Below, in pieces: positions 19,329 through 27,813 of a stretch of DNA of 33,962 nucleotides. A model generated the notes under the pieces. It saw only the letters and a program-made list of their open reading frames with translations, had not been told where the DNA came from and searched no databases. This DNA comes from a virus. Lineage: Duplodnaviria; Caudoviricetes. Both the position numbers and the translations under genes were made by a program. Numbering within the stretch: position 1 is the stretch's first letter; each line of letters starts with the position of its first letter. The stretch is taken from positions 1 to 33,962 of the IMG/VR virus record IMGVR_UViG_3300016669_000020; one strand, written 5' to 3'.

Positions 19329-19343
19329 ACATCGCACTTACCA

Positions 19344-19580
19344 TCACAGAGCGCCGTCTCGCCCAAAGCGCGCCAAGGTAACGGAGGGCCGCCGCATCGC
19401 CGTGCTTTCCGCTCCGCGCAGCACGGCGAGCGCGCGGCCGAGCTCATCCAGGCTGCGGTACTCCACCGTGCGCCCGTCGAAAGTCACGCGCGTGGTACCG
19501 CCCGTGTAGGCGGCGGCGAGCGCTGCGGCGCGGCTGCCGGCAGGCTGCGCCAGAGCCCAGGCGAGGACGGTCGGATCCAT
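19344..19580 (-). CDS. gpW-like head-tail joining protein
   Basis: GTTRVTFDGRTVEYRSLDEL; follows the large terminase. Confidence 0.85.
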   Translation of the reverse strand: MDPTVLAWALAQPAGSRAAALAAAYTGGTTRVTFDGRTVEYRSLDELGRALAVLRGAESTAMRRPSVTLARFGRDGAL

Positions 19581-19595
19581 GCGCGTCCTCCCTGT

Positions 19596-21563
19596 TCAGC
19601 GCAGCCAGCCATTTCGCGGCGCGAGCCAGCCACGCGGGCGATGGGTGTCGGGTGCGACCTGCGGAGATGGCGGAACAACATGCCCGGCGGAGGAAAGGTC
19701 GGCTGCCGGCAGCGACAGCGCATCGGCCATCCGCGCCCAGCGTCCGTCGCCCCAGCCATCCATGCCGAGCGCCGCAGCCGCGGCACGCGCATAAACCCGG
19801 CAGTCGAGCGCCTCATTGCGTTCGCGGGTCTTCACCCACTCCAAACGCCGGAAGCCGTTGCGGCCGGCGCGGGCCACCAACTGCTCGGCCGTGATCTGGC
19901 GGCAGAACTCCTCGCCTGCCGCGTGGAGTGGCAGGTGGACATAGCCGGCTGGGAACGGGTCGCCGCTCTCCTCGGTGGGCCGATCGAGCTTCAGCCAGCC
20001 ATAGGTCTCGGCCTTCAGGAAGGACGAGCCCACCGGCCAGACCTTCAGCCCGCCGAGTTTTCGGCCGTTCCGCCGCACCTCCGTTGCAGCCGGCTGGCCG
20101 ATCGCGGCGCGCAGCCCTTCCTGACCCTTCACGGCGATCGCGCGGCCCGCGCCGGCCCGCCGCACGAAGGCATAAACCTCCGCGGTGGTCATGCCGTCGC
20201 CGCTGTCGATCGCCGCCATGGCGATGGGCAGGCGGTGGCCCGAGGCATGCCGCCAGGTCTCGCCGAGCAGCTGCCGCAACTCCTCCCACACCGCCACCTC
20301 GAACGGGTTCCCCGCCAGCACGCGGTGCTCGACCAGCCAGGACTGCCGGTCCTGGCCCCAGGCCCAGAGGCTGGCCTCGAGCCGATCGCGCTGCACGTCG
20401 ACGCCGGCGGTGAGCAGCAGCCCGCCTATCGGCACGGTCCCCGCGGGCCAGTGCTCCCGGCGATCGTAGAGCCGCTGCCAGTCCGGCGCCTCGCCCGCCT
20501 CCTGCCAGGTCTCGCCCAGCACGGTGTTGCGGAAGGTTTTGATCGCCCGATCGTCGCCCTGCGCGGCCAGCCAGAGGCGGGCGATTTCGGACCAGGGCAT
20601 CCAGCCCGGCGGCGAATAGAGCGCCGAGATGTGGAAGCCGATGGCGTGCGGGTCGGCCGGCGTGGCGGTGGCCCGCCATTCGCCCGCGGCCAGCATCGCC
20701 GCCTTGTGCTGCTCGCCGATCGCGCGATCGCAATCCTCGCAGAGATACCGTGCCGTGTCGGGTTGCCCCTCGTCCCAGAGCAGCCGCTCGAAGCGCAGAT
20801 GCTGGCGGTGGCCGCAATGCGGACAGGGCACAAAGTAGCGCCGCTGATCGGACGCCAGGTATTCGCGGTCGATGCGCGACAGCCCGGCGATGGTCGGCGT
20901 GCTGACCAGCAGCATTTTTCGGCGCCAGCCGAAGGTCCGCGCGCGTGCTTCGGCCAGCGCGATCGGATCGCCCTCGCCCTCGACGTCACCGGGATAGGCG
21001 TCGATCTCGTCGAGGAACAGGAAGCGCGCCGACATGGAGCGCAGGCCGACCGCGCTGTTCGCCCCGGTCATCACCAGCTGGCCGCCAGGGAACTCCTTGC
21101 TGAGCTGACGATTGCCACTGTCCCGCGAGCGCGCTGGTGCGACCCGTTCCCGGATCGAAGGCGTCTCCTCGACCAGCGGGTCGATGCGCTGGTCGGAAAA
21201 GCGCTTGGCGAGTTCCGTCGTCGGCTGCACCGCGAGCATTGGCCCCGGCGCGTGGTGGATGACGTAGCCGATCCAGTTGTTGCCGCACTCTGTGCCGCCG
21301 ACCTGCGCGCCCTTCATGAAGACGACGCGCTGCGCCGGGTGGGCAGGCGACAGCGCGTCCATGATCTCGCGCAGATAGGGCGTGCGCGCGGTGCGCCAGG
21401 GTCCCGGTTCGGCGGAGCCCCGGCTGCCGAGCATGCGGTGCCGGTCCGCCCATTCCGAGACCAGCAGCGAGGGCTCTGGCGCCACGCCGTCGCGCCAAGC
21501 CTGAAGGATCTCGGCGTCGCCGTCGAAGCGGCCGAGTTCCTCCAAGAGATGCTCGCCTGCCAT
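19596..21563 (-). CDS. Terminase large subunit, lambda GpA family
   Basis: VSEWAD, RTPYLREIMD, KGAQVGGTE, LDEID (Walker B), STPT, CPHC..CEDC, GVDVQ, RNEALDC. Confidence 0.96.
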   Translation of the reverse strand: MAGEHLLEELGRFDGDAEILQAWRDGVAPEPSLLVSEWADRHRMLGSRGSAEPGPWRTARTPYLREIMDALSPAHPAQRVVFMKGAQVGGTECGNNWIGYVIHHAPGPMLAVQPTTELAKRFSDQRIDPLVEETPSIRERVAPARSRDSGNRQLSKEFPGGQLVMTGANSAVGLRSMSARFLFLDEIDAYPGDVEGEGDPIALAEARARTFGWRRKMLLVSTPTIAGLSRIDREYLASDQRRYFVPCPHCGHRQHLRFERLLWDEGQPDTARYLCEDCDRAIGEQHKAAMLAAGEWRATATPADPHAIGFHISALYSPPGWMPWSEIARLWLAAQGDDRAIKTFRNTVLGETWQEAGEAPDWQRLYDRREHWPAGTVPIGGLLLTAGVDVQRDRLEASLWAWGQDRQSWLVEHRVLAGNPFEVAVWEELRQLLGETWRHASGHRLPIAMAAIDSGDGMTTAEVYAFVRRAGAGRAIAVKGQEGLRAAIGQPAATEVRRNGRKLGGLKVWPVGSSFLKAETYGWLKLDRPTEESGDPFPAGYVHLPLHAAGEEFCRQITAEQLVARAGRNGFRRLEWVKTRERNEALDCRVYARAAAAALGMDGWGDGRWARMADALSLPAADLSSAGHVVPPSPQVAPDTHRPRGWLAPRNGWLR

Positions 21564-22141
21564 CAGCCGACACTCACCCGGACATCGTGCCGCGCGGCCA
21601 GATGCTGGCGGAGGCGCGTGTCCATCATCGTTTGCAGCCGATGCACGTCGACGCCGAGTTCGGCCGCCATCTCCGCCGCGACGCGGGCGGGCCAGGCGAG
21701 GATGGCGTCGCGCTCCTCCTTGGCGAGGCGGTGCACCAGGAGCAGGGCACGGGCCTTGTCGACCAGCTTACCCTTTCGTTCGTCGAGCCGCAGTCGGCGC
21801 TCCTGCGCCTTGAGCACCTCGTTCGCCGTGCGCGCATCGTGGAAGGTGTTCTGGGCGGCGCGCGGCAGGGGATCGGCGGCCGGCGGAATCGCGGTGACAG
21901 GCGGCGGCGATGCGGGCCGGGGTGCTGCCACCGCTGGCTGCACCAGAGTCGCGGTCTTCCGGACGGGATCGCTGCTGTCAGCCAGCCGTGCCCGAACCTT
22001 CTCGACATCCCAGGCGCCGTCTGCCTCGGGCGCGATGCGTCCTGCGCGCTGGGCCTTCTGCAGCGCCGTGTGGGAGATGCCGAGGCGGCGTGCCACCTCG
22101 CGCTGCGAGGCCACGCGGCCAGGCTGCGCGGTGGCGATCAT
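21563..22141 (-). CDS. Terminase small subunit (Nu1-like HTH plus coiled coil)
   Basis: SQREVARRLGISHTALQKA HTH; ARTANEVLKAQ...GKLVD; abuts the large subunit. Confidence 0.75.
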   Translation of the reverse strand: MIATAQPGRVASQREVARRLGISHTALQKAQRAGRIAPEADGAWDVEKVRARLADSSDPVRKTATLVQPAVAAPRPASPPPVTAIPPAADPLPRAAQNTFHDARTANEVLKAQERRLRLDERKGKLVDKARALLLVHRLAKEERDAILAWPARVAAEMAAELGVDVHRLQTMMDTRLRQHLAARHDVRVSVG

Positions 22142-22263
22142 GATGTGATCGAGACCCCTCGAAGATAGCAATCGCCGTCGCGCTGATGGCGCTTGGCTCA
22201 GCCCCCGCCGCAGCGCGAATGGTCCGTCACGCGCGGAGCATCGCGCATCAGACGGAGAGCACG

Positions 22264-22500
22264 ATGGCCGACCGCGAAGCCCGCGCCGCCCGCAACCAGC
22301 AGAAGAGCCTCGAAGCCTTCCTGCAGCAGAAGGCCCGCTTCGACGCGATGGTCGCGGAGCTTCAGCAGATGAGCGCGGATCACTTCGGGGCAGATCCAGA
22401 GGACGTCCTCTGGGGCAAGGCCGCGACGCTCGAACACTGGAACAGCCGGCTGGCGAGCGTGACGGATTGTTACTTCAAGCGCGGCGAATTCGCCGAGTAG
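22264..22500 (+). CDS. Small hypothetical phage protein (DUF3489-associated)
   Basis: GGAGAG RBS; MADREA...LEAFLQQKARFDAM...SADHFGADPEDVLWG. Confidence 0.7.
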   Translation: MADREARAARNQQKSLEAFLQQKARFDAMVAELQQMSADHFGADPEDVLWGKAATLEHWNSRLASVTDCYFKRGEFAE

Positions 22501-22592
22501 CGCGCGGCGAACCCCGCCGCGGCCCCGACCGGCGAGCCGGCGGGGCTCCCGGCAGTAGGGGCCGATGGTCGGCTCCGCAACCGGAGACCACC

Positions 22593-23384
22593 ATGATGAC
22601 CAAGCTTTCCGACAGCCAGCGCGTGATCCTCAGCGCCGCCGCGCAGCACGAGATGGGCTTCGCCCGCGCGCCGAAGACCCTCCCGGCCGCCGCCCGCAAC
22701 GCGGTGTTCCGCAGCCTGATCAAGAACAACCTGCTCACCGAGATCAACGCCCCGCGGGAGCATGTCGGGCTCGGCTGGCGCCAGGATGAGGACGGGACCT
22801 CGATCGTGGCGCGCATTACCGACGACGGGCTGCGCGCCATCGGCATCGACCCGAACGAGGACGACGCACAGTCGGACGCGCCGGTCGCCGACACGGCGCC
22901 CACGGGCGGGGAGGACGCCGCGGCGGGAGATACCCCCGCGGAGGAGACGGAGAACGCCCACGGCGCGGCCACACCCGCCCGGCGCGCCAGCCTGCGCGAT
23001 GCCGCCGCGGCGGTGCTGGCCGCCTGGGGCGCCAGCCCGGCGCAGGACGCCACCGACAACCCGATCAGCCGCGCGATCGAGATGCTGCGCAGCAGCGTCG
23101 CCGGCAAGCCGTCCCGCGCGAACCGCGAGCCCGGCGCGCCGCGGAAGCCGCGCGAGGGCACGAAGCAGGAGCAGGTGCTCGCCCTGCTCCGCCGCGAGGA
23201 GGGCGCGACCATCGCGCAGATCTGCGAGGCGACCGGCTGGCAGGGTCACACGGTGCGGGGATTCTTCGCGGGCCTGAAGAAGCGCCGGGGGATCGAGGTG
23301 CAGGTGTTGGAGCGGGTCCGCCAGGTCGGCCCGAACAAGGAGGGTGCGAAGGGCTCCTTCACCATCTACCACCTGCCGGCCTGA
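22593..23384 (+). CDS. DUF3489 winged-helix protein
   Basis: N-terminal KLSDSQRVILSAAAQ; C-terminal REGTKQEQVLALLRREEGATIAQICEATGWQGHTVRG. Confidence 0.85.
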   Translation: MMTKLSDSQRVILSAAAQHEMGFARAPKTLPAAARNAVFRSLIKNNLLTEINAPREHVGLGWRQDEDGTSIVARITDDGLRAIGIDPNEDDAQSDAPVADTAPTGGEDAAAGDTPAEETENAHGAATPARRASLRDAAAAVLAAWGASPAQDATDNPISRAIEMLRSSVAGKPSRANREPGAPRKPREGTKQEQVLALLRREEGATIAQICEATGWQGHTVRGFFAGLKKRRGIEVQVLERVRQVGPNKEGAKGSFTIYHLPA

Positions 23385-23403
23385 GGCGCGCCGCCCACGC
23401 GGA

Positions 23404-24672
23404 TCACGCCGCCGCCCGCACCCCGCGGGTGGCGGCGACGTCGTCATAGACCCGCTCCTCCCCCGCCAGCACGGCCGCCCGGCCTGTGAAGGCCTGCCAG
23501 CGCCGCACGGCGACATCGACATAGCGGGGATCAAGCTCCATCGCGCAGCAGATGCGCCCTGTCGTCTCCGCGGCGATGATGGTGCTGCCGCTACCGGAGA
23601 ACGGCTCGTAGACCGCATCGCCCAGCGCGCTGTTGTTCACGATCGGCCGCCGCATGCACTCGACCGGCTTCTGGGTGCCGTGCACCGTCGCGGCATCCTC
23701 GTCGCCGCCATTGGAGATGGCCCATAGCGTCGCCTGATCGCGCGCGCCCTGCCAGTGTCCGGTCGCGCCTTTGCGCACGGCGTAGAGGCAGGGCTCGTGC
23801 TGCCAATGGTAGTCGCCGCGCCCCAGCACGAAGCGCGACTTCGCCCAGACGATCTGGCTGCGGACCACGAAGCCTGCGGCCTCGAGGCTTTCGATCACGG
23901 TGCGCGCATGCACCCCGGCATGCCAGACATAGGCGACGTCGCCGGGGAACAGCGCCCAGGCCTCGCGCCAGTCGGCGCGGTCGTCATTCGCCACCTTGCC
24001 GGTGCGCATCGTCGCCGAGACGCCAGCCTCATTCCGCCATTCGGGGTCGTAGTTCACGCCATAAGGCGGATCCGTGATCATCATGTGCGGCCGCGCGCCG
24101 TCCAGCAACCGGGCCACATCGCTGGCACTGGTGGCATCGCCGCAGAGCAGCCGGTGGGCTCCGAGCAGCCAGACATCGCCGGGGCGGGCGACGGCAGCCT
24201 CCGGCGGCTCTGGCGCCGGGGCGTCGGGATCTCCGGTGGGTGCAGTCGGCGCATCTGTTGCGGCCTCGCCCAGCAGGCGATCGAGCGTTGCCCCATCGAA
24301 GCCGATCAGCCCGAGGTCGAATTCGTCGGTGCGCAGCGCGCGCAGCTCGGCGGCCAGCAGGCTTTCGTCCCAGGTCGAGGTCAATGCCAGCTGGTTGTCG
24401 GCCAGCCGAAAGGCGCGTGCCTGCGCCTCGGTCAGGTGCCCGAGCCGGATCGCCGGCACCTCCTCGAGGCCGAGCGCCTTGGCGGCGAGCACGCGGCCAT
24501 GGCCGGCGATCAGCACGCCGGCATCATCCACCAGCACCGGCACGTTGAAGCCGAACTCGCCGATGGAGGCGGCCAGCTGCGCCACCTGTTCGGTCGGATG
24601 CAGGCGGGCGTTGGCGGCATAGGGCGCGAGCGACGCCACCGGCATCATCTCGACGCGGAGGTCAGGCAGCAT
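23404..24672 (-). CDS. ParB-N / N6-N4 DNA methyltransferase fusion (DPPY)
   Basis: PYAANARLH..QV..LAASIGEFGF, IAGHGR, RLADN; TDPPY; HGTQKPV; EPFSGSGST. Confidence 0.92.
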   Translation of the reverse strand: MLPDLRVEMMPVASLAPYAANARLHPTEQVAQLAASIGEFGFNVPVLVDDAGVLIAGHGRVLAAKALGLEEVPAIRLGHLTEAQARAFRLADNQLALTSTWDESLLAAELRALRTDEFDLGLIGFDGATLDRLLGEAATDAPTAPTGDPDAPAPEPPEAAVARPGDVWLLGAHRLLCGDATSASDVARLLDGARPHMMITDPPYGVNYDPEWRNEAGVSATMRTGKVANDDRADWREAWALFPGDVAYVWHAGVHARTVIESLEAAGFVVRSQIVWAKSRFVLGRGDYHWQHEPCLYAVRKGATGHWQGARDQATLWAISNGGDEDAATVHGTQKPVECMRRPIVNNSALGDAVYEPFSGSGSTIIAAETTGRICCAMELDPRYVDVAVRRWQAFTGRAAVLAGEERVYDDVAATRGVRAAA

Positions 24673-26134
24673 CTGAGAGATTCTCCGCGCGCGCAGCAGT
24701 AACGGCGTCGTAGTCGCGGCCGTCCCCGGCCAGCGTCACGGGCAGATCGGGATGCAGCATGCGCCAGCGAGCGATCGCCAGGTCGACATACGCGGGAGCA
24801 AGCTCGATGGCACGGACGCGCCGCGCGGTGCGCTGGCCCGCGAGGATCGTCGTGCCGGAGCCGCCGAACGGCTCGAACACGATGTCGCCCTCGTCCGTGT
24901 AAGCGCGCATCAGGAACTCGGGCAGCGCCACCGGGAACACCGCCGGGTGCTCCGTCTCGATGCCCCGCCCCTTGTGCCGGGTGATGCGCAACACGCTGTC
25001 CGGGATGCGCATTTCCTGCACGGGGAGGCCGACATGGGTATAGGCCTTCACCTCGCCGTCGGCGGCGCGCAGCCCGCTGCCCTTGTTCGGCGTGCCCGCC
25101 CATTTGCAGGGCACGATCTTGTTCGCCTGCCGCGCCTCGCGATTGAAGTGGAAGACCAACTCGAAGGCCGGCGCGAGCCGGCCGTTCCAATCCCCAGGCA
25201 AGCCGGGGCCCTGGTCCCAGGCATACAGCCCGAAGCGCCGCCAGCCCTCGGCCCGCATCCAGTCGAGCCAGCCCTGCCAATACGGCTGCCATTCGCCCTC
25301 GCGGTGGATCAGGCCGAGATTCACCAGCACCTGCGCATCGCGCCGCAGCGCGCCGTCGAGATGCTGGAACACGCCCTGCATCAGCGCATCCCAATTCGAG
25401 ACGCCGCCGGTTGTGTAGTCTCGCTGATTCCCATAGGGCGGGCTGGTGAAGAGCAGCGCCGCGCGATCCGCGGCCATGACGCGCGCCACGGTGGAAGGAT
25501 CAGTGCTGTCGCCGCAGAGCAGGCGGTGCTCGCCCAGCAGCCAGAGATCGCCAGGGCGGGTCACGGCCTGGCGCGGTGGCTCCGGCTCCGCATCCGCGGG
25601 GTCGTCGGCCGGCTCCGCGCCATCCGCATCCGGCTGGTTGCCAGGGGCCGGCTCGGCACCGCTGGCAACCGCCGGCGTCGGCAGGTTGCCGGCATCGGTT
25701 TCCAGCCCGGCCAGTAGCCGCTCGATCTCCGTCCCGTCGAAGCCGGTCAGCGCCAAGTCGACGCCGCCGATCTCCTGGAGCTTCGCGATCTCGGCCGCCA
25801 GCAGCGCCTCGTCCCAGCCGGCATTCAGCGCAATGCGATTGTCCGCGAGGCGATACGCGGCCTTCTGTGCGTCGGTCAGGCCGGCGCGGACGATAGTCGG
25901 CACGGTGTCGAGGCCGAGGGACTTCGCGGCCAGCAGCCGCCCATGGCCGGCGATGACCTCGCCGCGCTCGTCGACCAGCACCGGCGCGACGAAGCCGAAC
26001 TCGAGGATGCTGGCTGCGATCTGCGCCACCTGCTCGGCGGAATGCGTGCGCGCATTGCCGGCATAGGGCAGCAGCGCGACGAGCGCGCGCGCCTCGACGG
26101 CGCTCGCAGACCATGGGGCCTGGGGCATCTGCAC
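24662..26134 (-). CDS. ParB-N / N6-N4 DNA methyltransferase fusion (SPPY)
   Basis: PYAGNARTH, IAGHGR, RLADN; TSPPY; HPAVFP; EPFGGSGTT; the start may be the ATG at 26128. Confidence 0.92.
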   Translation of the reverse strand: MQMPQAPWSASAVEARALVALLPYAGNARTHSAEQVAQIAASILEFGFVAPVLVDERGEVIAGHGRLLAAKSLGLDTVPTIVRAGLTDAQKAAYRLADNRIALNAGWDEALLAAEIAKLQEIGGVDLALTGFDGTEIERLLAGLETDAGNLPTPAVASGAEPAPGNQPDADGAEPADDPADAEPEPPRQAVTRPGDLWLLGEHRLLCGDSTDPSTVARVMAADRAALLFTSPPYGNQRDYTTGGVSNWDALMQGVFQHLDGALRRDAQVLVNLGLIHREGEWQPYWQGWLDWMRAEGWRRFGLYAWDQGPGLPGDWNGRLAPAFELVFHFNREARQANKIVPCKWAGTPNKGSGLRAADGEVKAYTHVGLPVQEMRIPDSVLRITRHKGRGIETEHPAVFPVALPEFLMRAYTDEGDIVFEPFGGSGTTILAGQRTARRVRAIELAPAYVDLAIARWRMLHPDLPVTLAGDGRDYDAVTAARAENLSDAA

Positions 26135-26164
26135 CTGCGTGATCGTGGAATGGTGGCCGGCGCG

Positions 26165-26263
26165 GCTGGCAACTGCGGGACGCTGGCAACCTGGAAAACT
26201 GGCCTGGCGCTAGGAACCTTGCGCGCTTCCGCCCCCCGCATATGCCGGGCCCAGGAAGGACCC
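26165..26263 (-). other. Candidate lambda-like cos packaging site
   Basis: Minus strand GGGTCCT (26263-26257, identical to lambda cosQ), then about 20 nt, then GGGGGGCGGAAGCGCGC; followed by two GTTGCCAGC direct repeats. Confidence 0.55.
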
Positions 26264-26405
26264 TGCGGCTCGCGAGCCACTGTGGCTGATTAGCTGGCGA
26301 ATGGCTCGGAAGCCGCCGTGCTCGACGCACCTTCTCGACGTGTCACCATCATAGCCAACTCGATTTGCGCACCGCCATGGGGTCTATTGTAACAGCCGAA
26401 TCGAG

Positions 26406-27218
26406 TTAGCCACCGTCAGGCTGATCCATCTCGTAGGGGATGCGCCAGTAATCCAGCACCTCCCGCACCTGCTGGCGGGGATAGAACTCGCCCGCGTGCC
26501 GGAGATCCTGGCGAATGAGATTGAGCCGCTTCTCTACCTGACCCTTGATGGCCGGGGTGAGTTCGACCACGCCGCGCGGCCGCTTTCCGTCTCCGGGCTG
26601 GCGTGGCCAGCTTGCTGGATAGCTGGACCAGTCTGTCCATTCGTCCAGGGCAGAGTTGACGCTGGCCATTGCATCGTGGTCGCACTGCCAACCGTACAGA
26701 TTGCGCGCGCAAATCCGCAACATCGCCTTGACGTCCGCCATGCTGTCCGTGAAGGCCTCCAGTGGGGTGGGCAACAGGACCATGTTCGCGACGCAAGAGT
26801 AGAACCGTCGGTCCTGCACTACCGAATTCGAGAGCTGGTAGGTTGCGTCATCTACGCCCCAGATATGGCAGCAAGACCAATTGGGCCTTTCCGCCTTCCG
26901 CAGTCCGAGTGCGAGCGTGAGGGCTTGGTTGGCGTAGACATTGCCCTCAACCTTATGTGCCGACACACCGGTCGAGCGCTTGGTATTCATTTGGGGAGCA
27001 GACCAACCGCCCTTGTAGAAGGGCTGGGCCCGGGCGTGCTCCGGGTACCAAACGGGCAGGAGCCTAAACGTCTCTGGCGCAACCCAGCGCGCTGTCCGCT
27101 CGATCAACGAGGCAATCTCGCGCAGACCGATTTCAGCGCGCAATGCAGCAAGGCCATCCCGCGGAACAGCAGCATCCGCGATAGTATCGGCACTTTCGTA
27201 CCCAGTGGTGTTCAGCAC
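26406..27218 (-). CDS. Hypothetical moron protein with a possible His-Me (HNH-like) motif
   Basis: Open frame 26406-27269 (GTG at 27218 is a plausible start); visibly more A/T than neighbours; NWSCCHIW...YSCVANMVLLP. Confidence 0.65.
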   Translation of the reverse strand: MLNTTGYESADTIADAAVPRDGLAALRAEIGLREIASLIERTARWVAPETFRLLPVWYPEHARAQPFYKGGWSAPQMNTKRSTGVSAHKVEGNVYANQALTLALGLRKAERPNWSCCHIWGVDDATYQLSNSVVQDRRFYSCVANMVLLPTPLEAFTDSMADVKAMLRICARNLYGWQCDHDAMASVNSALDEWTDWSSYPASWPRQPGDGKRPRGVVELTPAIKGQVEKRLNLIRQDLRHAGEFYPRQQVREVLDYWRIPYEMDQPDGG

Positions 27219-27258
27219 TTTGCCTGGCGCTCCGAGTGTTCTTTTTTCGCACGGAATT

Positions 27259-27813
27259 CTATGCAGCACGGGCGCGCTGCGTAAGCCCGAAATGCATTGC
27301 TAGGATCCCGAGTGCCGCCACCAGCATGCCACCCGCGATTGGCTGCGGCACTGGCCTGCCACTCCAGCCTCGACGGGCCGCCCATTCGCGGACGGACATT
27401 TCGAGGCCCACGACGAACCATGCGCAGGAGCCGGCCGGGCTATCGTGCCCGCCAAGCGCATCCATCGCCGCGAGCACACGGCGGCGCGCATCGACCTGGC
27501 GGTTCGACATTGTGCCTGCGGTCGATCCGGGCAGGTAGATCAGATGCGAGGTGGACATGCTGTCGATCGCGGCGCTGCGGAACAGCGTCCGGAAGATGCA
27601 GCCCGCTTCGTGCATCTGCGGCGTGATGTTGCCGTTCGCCAGCATCAGCCCGAGCGTGTCCACAGCACGCCGATGCGCCACCGGCGACCCTGTGTCCGGA
27701 TCGGCTTCACGGACCGGCTCCGAGAACCCGCCATGCTGCAGCCGCCACTTCGAAGGCTTCGCCAGATCGTCGTGCTTCGCCTTCGGCACCTTGGGCTTGC
27801 GCTTACCGGCCAT
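27259..27813 (-). CDS. DUF6456-like protein, putative late-transcription regulator
   Basis: RRAVDTL..M...G.I....EAG..F; C-terminal HTH-like WFVVGLEMSVREWA...L.AALGILA.HFG; last early gene before the packaging region. Confidence 0.6.
   Translation of the reverse strand: MAGKRKPKVPKAKHDDLAKPSKWRLQHGGFSEPVREADPDTGSPVAHRRAVDTLGLMLANGNITPQMHEAGCIFRTLFRSAAIDSMSTSHLIYLPGSTAGTMSNRQVDARRRVLAAMDALGGHDSPAGSCAWFVVGLEMSVREWAARRGWSGRPVPQPIAGGMLVAALGILAMHFGLTQRARAA

Noticed and set aside
1-21563. Gene transfer agent cluster
   Set aside because: Lambda-type GpA terminase and portal, linked replication genes and a cos-like site indicate a genuine prophage
19641-22148. 835-aa plus-strand ORF, and similar long ORFs at 5404-7167, 13861-15648, 29920-31569 and 10115-11677
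   Set aside because: Antisense shadows of well-supported minus-strand phage genes; long stop-free frames are expected at this GC content and they show no motifs
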